From contig JBAZWG010000001.1 of NCBI GenBank assembly GCA_041660505.1, positions 477,776-541,775 on the forward strand: a DNA stretch of 64,000 nt, written 5' to 3'. Under the pieces are notes generated by a model. That model did not search any database and was not told the DNA's origin. It worked only from the letters and a program-made list of their open reading frames with translations. Below are positions 55,532 to 64,000 of the stretch, one piece after another (position 1 is the first letter of the stretch; each line of letters starts with the position of its first letter). The DNA comes from Minisyncoccota bacterium. GTDB lineage: Bacteria; Patescibacteriota; Minisyncoccia; Phycocordibacterales; JACRKE01. A program made the translations under genes and the position numbers.

Positions 55532-57061
55532 ATGTCATACGAAATCGTAGAAAAATTAAAGAAAGAGATTGCAGGGTTCAAGGCCGACCCCCGCTGGGAG
55601 GAGATTGGCGAGGTGATAGAGGTGGGGGATGGTATCGTGAAGATAAAAGGGCTGAAGAAGATCGGCAGTCAGGAGACGCTCGAGGTGACGACCGCAACCG
55701 GCGTCGTATCAGCCTTAGCACTTAACCTGGAAGAAGATTCTGTCGGCGCACTTGTTCTCGGTGATTACACAATGGTGAAGGTGGGCGACACTGTCCGCGG
55801 TACCGGGGCGACTATTCGTATCGGTGTTGGTGATGAACTCATCGGCCGAGTCGTAGACCCGCTTGGCAATGCCGTTGACGGCAAAGGCGCTTTATTTGCG
55901 AAAAAAGATTTTAACACTTACCCCTTGGAAGCGGCGGCACCATCGGTGCTTGATCGCGAAATGGTCAAGGTCCCGCTCCATACCGGCCTCAAATCTATCG
56001 ACGCTATGATCCCGATCGGCCGCGGCCAGCGCGAGCTTATAATCGGTGATCGCGGTGTGGGTAAGACGGCGATTGCTTTAGACGCGATAATCAACCAGCA
56101 ATTTGATACGGGTCGCAAACGACCAATTTGTATTTATGTCGCAATTGGCCAGAAAGAGGCAAAGGTGGCCAAGCTGATGGAAACTTTAAAGACTCAAGGT
56201 GCCGATAAGTACACTATAATAGTATCGGCACCGGCATCGAGCCCGGCCGCCCAGTGGTACTTGGCTCCTTATGCCGGCTGTGCTATCGGAGAATATTTCC
56301 GCGATCGAGGTGATGACGCGCTCGTTATTTACGACGACCTTTCGAAACATGCTTGGGCGTATCGCCAGGTATCACTCTTGCTTCGTCGTCCGCCCGGCCG
56401 CGAAGCTTACCCGGGTGATATTTTCTATTTGCATTCACGCCTGCTTGAGCGAGCCGCTAAACTCTCGAAAGAAAAAGGCGGAGGCTCGCTCACTGCACTG
56501 CCGATTGTGGAAACCCAGCTCGGCGACATTACCGCCTACGTGCCAACGAACATCATCTCCATCACCGATGGGCAGATATTCCTCGAGTCAGGCTTGTTCA
56601 ACAAAGGCGAGCGCCCGGCTATTAACGTCGGCCTCTCGGTGTCACGCGTGGGTTCTGCCGCACAGACCAAAGCGATGAAGAAAGTTGCCGGCAAGCTCCG
56701 CCTCCAACTCGCCCAGTTCCGCGAGCTCCAAGCGTTCGTGCAGTTTGCATCCGACGTCGACGCCGCCACTAAAGCCCGCATCCAGCAAGGCCAGCTCATT
56801 ACCGAAGTATTAAAGCAGGATGATCAGAATCCGCGCCCATTCGAGGAGCAGGTGGTAGTCTTTTATGCTGTCCTCGGCGGGCATTTTAACGATTACAAAG
56901 TCGAAGAAGTGCGCGATGTTGAGACAAGATACTTAACTTATCTAAAAGAGCTGCATGAGAAAGATATCTTAGAACCAATGCGCACAAGTGGCGAACTATC
57001 CGAATCTGTCGAAGCTAAGTTGAAGGAAGCCCTCGAACACTTTAAGCTGCAGGTGAAATAA
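55532..57061 (+). CDS. atpA: F1 ATP synthase subunit alpha
   Basis: PIGRGQRELIIGDRGVGKT, RRPPGREAYPGD, ISITDGQI. Confidence 0.98.
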   Translation: MSYEIVEKLKKEIAGFKADPRWEEIGEVIEVGDGIVKIKGLKKIGSQETLEVTTATGVVSALALNLEEDSVGALVLGDYTMVKVGDTVRGTGATIRIGVGDELIGRVVDPLGNAVDGKGALFAKKDFNTYPLEAAAPSVLDREMVKVPLHTGLKSIDAMIPIGRGQRELIIGDRGVGKTAIALDAIINQQFDTGRKRPICIYVAIGQKEAKVAKLMETLKTQGADKYTIIVSAPASSPAAQWYLAPYAGCAIGEYFRDRGDDALVIYDDLSKHAWAYRQVSLLLRRPPGREAYPGDIFYLHSRLLERAAKLSKEKGGGSLTALPIVETQLGDITAYVPTNIISITDGQIFLESGLFNKGERPAINVGLSVSRVGSAAQTKAMKKVAGKLRLQLAQFRELQAFVQFASDVDAATKARIQQGQLITEVLKQDDQNPRPFEEQVVVFYAVLGGHFNDYKVEEVRDVETRYLTYLKELHEKDILEPMRTSGELSESVEAKLKEALEHFKLQVK

Positions 57062-57066
57062 AAAAT

Positions 57067-57618
57067 ATGTCAGACCCAGTAATTGACCCAGAACAGGAAA
57101 AACTCGATCGAGAGAAAGAAGTTGAAGCTCAAATCGAAAGTGAGCTAGATAAATATTATCCTAGCTGGCGGAGTAGTGAAGAAAGAAAGAATTTAGATAT
57201 CACAAGCTTCATGAATAATTTCTGGGCATATTTTCCTGGAAAAGAAAAGCAAACTTATAAGTCTAGTCATCATGATCAGCTTAAAGACTGGGATATCCCT
57301 AATCGCCAGCCTATCGAAGGTATTAAAAACGAATCGAGACGGCAAGAGGAATTAACTTCACACTCTCAAAAGTGGCTCGATCAGACCTCACGACAATTTC
57401 AAGAGGAATTATTAAAATCAGCAGAAGAAGTCGGTATCTCGCAAGAAGAGATTGAGGGATTGATTGACGCGCATGTTATGTCTCTAACGAGCGAACTGGG
57501 CAAAGAGTCGGGATTTGGAAAGAAATTAGATCCTGCCACAGTCGTCAAATATTTTTTCCCAATTTACAAAAAGATGCGAGTAAAGGGCTACGTTCACGAT
57601 TCAGAACTAAGAAGATAA
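57067..57618 (+). CDS. Hypothetical protein inserted between atpA and atpG
   Basis: 183-aa ORF with 5-nt and 4-nt spacers to its neighbours; no recognised motif. Confidence 0.75.
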   Translation: MSDPVIDPEQEKLDREKEVEAQIESELDKYYPSWRSSEERKNLDITSFMNNFWAYFPGKEKQTYKSSHHDQLKDWDIPNRQPIEGIKNESRRQEELTSHSQKWLDQTSRQFQEELLKSAEEVGISQEEIEGLIDAHVMSLTSELGKESGFGKKLDPATVVKYFFPIYKKMRVKGYVHDSELRR

Positions 57619-57622
57619 TTAT

Positions 57623-59996
<2,374 letters not shown>

Positions 59997-60007
59997 AAAT
60001 ACAAAAT

Positions 60008-60250
60008 ATGAAACTCGGTATATATTCATTAAAAAAGATTTTGTTCCAAGGAGAGGCTAAAGAGCTGAATTGTAAAACTACGTCCGGCGAAATTACCGTG
60101 CTAGACCATCACCGCCCGCTCATCACTATGCTCGCCAAAGGCAAGCTGAAGGTGATTGATCATAAAGACAAACAACACGAATTCGAAGTAGTATCAGGCT
60201 TCCTCGAAGTCCAGCCTGGGAATTCCGCACGAGTGATTGTGGAAGAATAA
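60008..60250 (+). CDS. atpC: F1 ATP synthase subunit epsilon (beta-sandwich only)
   Basis: GEITVLDHHRPLIT.L..G, SGFLEV; 80 aa. Confidence 0.9.
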   Translation: MKLGIYSLKKILFQGEAKELNCKTTSGEITVLDHHRPLITMLAKGKLKVIDHKDKQHEFEVVSGFLEVQPGNSARVIVEE

Positions 60251-60337
60251 AACAAAAAACACCACGCTCGGTGATGTTCTTTGTTGCTGACTGGGTGATG
60301 AAGCGCGGGCCCAGTCTCCCGTTAACGATTGAGGTGG

Positions 60338-60679
60338 TCAGCTCTTCCAGCGATAGATCTTCCTCTGGAAGCCTGGTGGTCCGACGACTTCGATCGCGTC
60401 TCCTGATGTGAGACGGTCTTCGGCGATCGGGCCCGAGTAATAGTGCTTCACATCGAACTTCTCCTTCTCCTCGAGCAACCTCTCCTTGTCGTTGGTTGTT
60501 ACCACGGCGCTCGAGCGGCGAAAGGTTTCGATACGCTCCATCTCTGGCGGAATCGAGAGTTTTGTTATGTCATCACTCTCAATTTCCTGCGGCTTGCCGG
60601 GGAAGGCAGAATTCGTCATGCAGAACACGACGAACCACCGCTCGCGCCACGTTATACGTGGTTTCTTTGCTTGTACCAC
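60338..60679 (-). CDS. Hypothetical protein
   Basis: 113-aa ORF, GTG start with a GAGGAGG RBS. Confidence 0.6.
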   Translation of the reverse strand: MVQAKKPRITWRERWFVVFCMTNSAFPGKPQEIESDDITKLSIPPEMERIETFRRSSAVVTTNDKERLLEEKEKFDVKHYYSGPIAEDRLTSGDAIEVVGPPGFQRKIYRWKS

Positions 60680-60772
60680 CTTAACCTCCTCATTATAGGC
60701 GCTTGTTCGAACGACGAGCGCGACAAAATCAATATGTATACTATGTTTTATTGAGAATAAGTCAACCGGTGT

Positions 60773-62365
60773 TTACAAATCGTTGCCGGTGTACGAGAGA
60801 TTGAAGGACTTGTTGATGAGGGGGAAGTCGGGGACCATGTTGCCTCGGCCGGCGTAGCCTACGGCTGTCCAGTTCAAGAATGACGGGTCACGAACGTCGA
60901 CACGGGTAATGTGGCCGGCGGAATCGGTGGCAACGAAGTGTACCAAGTCACCGCGCCAACCTTCTACAATGCTGACAACGTAAGAATTCGGCTTGAAAAT
61001 AATTTCAGAAAGTTTCTTGTGGGGGAGAGCGGTGATGGTGCTGGAACTTCCAATAACTATCTTGGGCATTTTTTCTATGGCTTCGCGAATGATGGTGATG
61101 CTGTTGCGCACCTCCTGCACTCTTATCGAATAGCGCGCCAACACATCGCAGGTATTAGCCTTGGCCACAGTCATCTGTAGGTACGGGTAAGCCGCGTAGG
61201 GGAAGTCGCGGCGTGTGTCGCGGTCTATACCGCAAGCGCGCCCGGCGATACCGGTGACGCCATGATCTTTTGCAATTGTCCGGTCAAGAATGCCCGTACC
61301 TTCTAAACGGTTCAAGACCGAGCTACTGTTGCCGGCTACGCCTATGACTTCATTAAAGTCCTTTTCAAAACCAGTTAAGAATGTTTTGAGCTCGGCGAGC
61401 AATGAATCTGCAACGTCTTTTTGTATTCCTCCTATGGTATTTACACCGCGAAGGAATCTGCTACCAGAGAGCTTCTCGTTCCAGCGCATGATACTCTCGC
61501 GAAGTCTTGCGCCATGCATCCCGCCGAAGCTGAAGCCGGTGTCCATGAGGATCATCCCGATATCGCCAGAGTGGCAGGCAATACGCTCGAGCTCGCTAAA
61601 GATAGTGCGCAGGTAGCGCGTACGCTCCGAGACATGGGTATCGGAGAGCTTCTCCAGTGCGCGGATAAAGGCATGCGAATGACTGAATGAAGTATCGCCG
61701 GAAATCCTTTCTGATAATTTAATTTTCTCCGCGAGCGGCAAGGTTTCGAATAATTTCTCACTGCCTTTGTGCGAATAGCCGAGTCTGCCTTCGAGGTTCA
61801 AGATCTCTTCACCGGCGACATTGAAGCGGAAGTGCCCGGGCTCGATGATGCCGGCGTGGACCGGACCTACGGGAATTTCATAAATGCCTTCGCCTTGGAT
61901 ATGAGTGAATTCATAGTGCCCTGTCGTGCGGTCCGGTCGCGTTGTAACATTAAAATCTTTGCGTAACGGGTGGACGTTTGCCGGCCAATTCTCATGGAGA
62001 ATCATCGGGCGCGGGTCAGGATGGCCGAGGGCCGTAATGCCGAAGAACGACATGATTTTGCGCTCATAAGCGTTTGCTTCATGAATGGTCGGCGTGAGAG
62101 AAGGGAATTCTTTATCGGTCAAAATATACGGCGCGATGAACTCATTCTCGCTGGGGACGCCGAAGATGTACATCACTTTTAACTTGCCGTGTTCTTTGCG
62201 CTCGTCAAGCGCGGTGATCAGTTTAAGCGGGAGATTGTGCTCATGATACAAATTGCCGGCTACTGCGATGATATCTGCCGGTGCGACTTCGAACGTGGTG
62301 AGATTGCCATATGTGTTCGTAACGAAGCCGGCGGCAAGATATTTTGTTTTGAGTTCTTCAGTCAT
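60773..62365 (-). CDS. Group-4 hydrogenase-related large subunit (NuoC-D/HycE-like) lacking Ni-binding cysteines (Ehr-type)
   Basis: IPVGPVHAGIIEPGHFRF, HKGSEK, ERISGDT, VEGWRGD, RDPSFLNW, DFPLINKSFNLSY. Confidence 0.88.
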   Translation of the reverse strand: MTEELKTKYLAAGFVTNTYGNLTTFEVAPADIIAVAGNLYHEHNLPLKLITALDERKEHGKLKVMYIFGVPSENEFIAPYILTDKEFPSLTPTIHEANAYERKIMSFFGITALGHPDPRPMILHENWPANVHPLRKDFNVTTRPDRTTGHYEFTHIQGEGIYEIPVGPVHAGIIEPGHFRFNVAGEEILNLEGRLGYSHKGSEKLFETLPLAEKIKLSERISGDTSFSHSHAFIRALEKLSDTHVSERTRYLRTIFSELERIACHSGDIGMILMDTGFSFGGMHGARLRESIMRWNEKLSGSRFLRGVNTIGGIQKDVADSLLAELKTFLTGFEKDFNEVIGVAGNSSSVLNRLEGTGILDRTIAKDHGVTGIAGRACGIDRDTRRDFPYAAYPYLQMTVAKANTCDVLARYSIRVQEVRNSITIIREAIEKMPKIVIGSSSTITALPHKKLSEIIFKPNSYVVSIVEGWRGDLVHFVATDSAGHITRVDVRDPSFLNWTAVGYAGRGNMVPDFPLINKSFNLSYTGNDL

Positions 62366-62372
62366 AATAGTT

Positions 62373-63812
62373 TTATATAGATGTGTCGACGGCATTAAGT
62401 AAAAGTCTTAATGGCAAAGGCAAATACAAAGAAAGGATAATGAGAAGAACCAAGAGAACAAGCGGAGGAATCGTCGTCCAGAGACTGAATTCGCCCGTCG
62501 AAGTGCCCTCATCTGTCTTACTGAACGATAAGCTGACGATATGACGCAATAGCCCGACGAAGACCAGTGCGAGTGCGGCAAGTGCGATGGTGACGAGTAC
62601 CGGATGAGCTGTGATACCGGAAGAGAGAATGTAAAATTCTGTTATAAAGATACCGAAAGGCGGTACGCCGGCAATAGCCAAGAAGCCGATGATTAGCATA
62701 ACGCCCGTAATCGGAAGCGCGGTCAGAACACCCTTTACCTTTGCTATTTTCGTCGAGCTGTATTTAAGGAAGATATTGCCGGAGGTGAAGAAGAGCATGG
62801 ATTTGGCAATCGAGTGGTAAACCATATGGAGAATGGCGGCCGGCGCGGCGATACCGCCGAAGCCGAGGCCGAGCGCCATTATGCCAGCGTGCTCGATAGA
62901 CGAGTAGGCGAAGAGGCGCTTATAATTCTTCTGAACGAGCATGATGAAGGCCGCGATGATTATCGAGAATAGCCCGAAGAAAATAAGCAGATTTTGCGAG
63001 AATGCGACGCCGAGTGCTGTGTCGGTAACCACCTTAAACCTTATGATAGCGAGCAAGGCGACGTTCAAGAGCGAGCCGGAAAATAGCGCGGTGACTGGTG
63101 TTGGAGTCTTGGTGTAAGCATCCGGCTTCCAGGTGTGCATTGGGGCGAAGCCGACCTTGGTGCCGAAGCCAACAAGAATGAAGATGAAGGCGATCTTGGC
63201 GATGAGAGGCTCCAAGTTGCCGGCGTTCGCGAGGAGCGTTTGCCAATCGAGGAATCCTACGTTGCTCGTATGCGAGACGGCGGTCAAGAATAAAAGAGTG
63301 CCGAAGAAGGAGATGAGAAGGCCGACCGAGTTAATCAAGAGATACTTCCATGCGGCCTCGATAGTCGACTGTTTATTATAGAAGGAGACGAGGAAGGCGG
63401 TCGATAGTGTCGTCGCCTCGATTGCGATCCACATGAGTATCGGGCTTACTGTCGTGATGGCGAAGAACATGGCGAGCAAGAATAGATTGACGAGAATGTA
63501 ATATTCCTGCACACGGGTCTTTATTATCCCTTTCTCCACCTCTGCGCGGATATAGCCGACGGAGTAGCAAGCGGCGGCGGCACCAATAAGAGCGACAGTA
63601 AAGAGAACAATGAGTCCGAGCGCATCGACAGAGAAGAAGGGAAGGTAACTGTATCTGCCCGCGGCCAATACTTCCTTTGCGATGAGTGCCCAAATGATAA
63701 AGCCAAGGACAGCGCTTGTGACGGTTATCGCCTCGAGCGCGCGCGGTTTATTGGTCGCACACGAGCTAAGTGCGGCGATGAGCGGGATCAGGATAAGTAA
63801 AATTAAAAGCAT
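62373..63812 (-). CDS. hyfF: HyfF/NuoM-like proton-translocating membrane subunit
   Basis: WIAIEATTL, EAAWKY, GFGTKVG.APMHTW.PDA, KRLFAYSSIEH, G.PPFG.F..EF. Confidence 0.9.
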   Translation of the reverse strand: MLLILLILIPLIAALSSCATNKPRALEAITVTSAVLGFIIWALIAKEVLAAGRYSYLPFFSVDALGLIVLFTVALIGAAAACYSVGYIRAEVEKGIIKTRVQEYYILVNLFLLAMFFAITTVSPILMWIAIEATTLSTAFLVSFYNKQSTIEAAWKYLLINSVGLLISFFGTLLFLTAVSHTSNVGFLDWQTLLANAGNLEPLIAKIAFIFILVGFGTKVGFAPMHTWKPDAYTKTPTPVTALFSGSLLNVALLAIIRFKVVTDTALGVAFSQNLLIFFGLFSIIIAAFIMLVQKNYKRLFAYSSIEHAGIMALGLGFGGIAAPAAILHMVYHSIAKSMLFFTSGNIFLKYSSTKIAKVKGVLTALPITGVMLIIGFLAIAGVPPFGIFITEFYILSSGITAHPVLVTIALAALALVFVGLLRHIVSLSFSKTDEGTSTGEFSLWTTIPPLVLLVLLIILSLYLPLPLRLLLNAVDTSI

Positions 63813-63823
63813 ATTTGTTTTTT

Positions 63824-63871
63824 GTCGGGGAGGTTCAACCTTTTAGATGCTCAAGGTTGAACCTCCCCGAC
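63824..63871. repeat. AGG-N5-CCT palindromic element (intergenic, reverse orientation)
   Basis: gtcggggaggttcaacctt-ttagatgctc-aaggttgaacctccccgac. Confidence 0.88.
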
Positions 63872-63876
63872 TTATT

Positions 63877-64000
63877 TTATTCTGTAAGATGAGTCATTTC
63901 GCTCACGTCGAGCGAACCGTATTCTCTGTAGATCATAGAGGCGAAGACGGTGGCGACGAGTATCCAAATAAGGAGGTCGAACATGATGCCGAGCTGGAGG
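63877..64000 (-). CDS. HyfE-like membrane subunit, C-terminal part (5' partial)
   Basis: Own translation LQLGIMFDLLIWILVATVFASMIYREYGSLDVSEMTHLTE*; lies upstream of hyfF. Confidence 0.75.
   Translation of the reverse strand, partial: LQLGIMFDLLIWILVATVFASMIYREYGSLDVSEMTHLTE

Overview
This 64 kb window comes from a gene-dense bacterial chromosome using code 11. Gene content and style (short PolA, PilM-N-O cluster, giant Thr/Ser-rich Ig-repeat surface protein, DsbA/VKOR, LemA/TPM, trimmed F-type ATPase subunits, tRNA-Arg(GCG)) suggest Patescibacteria/CPR, which is an inference. It holds housekeeping genes (tsaE, polA, holA, mutM, murE, ruvA, rpsT, ruvX, uppS, rplS, ung, trpS, cmk, atpBEFHAGDC), 7 intact tRNA genes, a MazEF module and the end of a NiFe-less Ehr/Hyf-like operon. 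Four signals stand out. (1) Four of the seven tRNA genes sit directly downstream of co-oriented endonuclease ORFs from three unrelated families (LAGLIDADG-like x2, GIY-YIG, tandem HNH). Two of these ORFs end inside the tRNA and three loci carry fragments of the same tRNA type, which points to a tRNA-carrying/tRNA-replacing homing-endonuclease cassette system. (2) A DUF559/Vsr-like endonuclease bounded by ~38-bp inverted repeats is inserted in-frame in tlyA, with an empty copy of the element at 20.2 kb. (3) There is a diversity-generating retroelement (target VR, TR, antisense avd, RT; 24 of 25 VR/TR mismatches at TR adenines). Its avd is frameshifted at a G11 tract and its target has an in-frame TGA. 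(4) A dense family of AGG-N5-CCT palindromic repeats and CTCC(C/T)AA heptamer arrays is inserted in-frame in, or at the ends of, essential genes. All product calls come from motif recognition; no database search was run.
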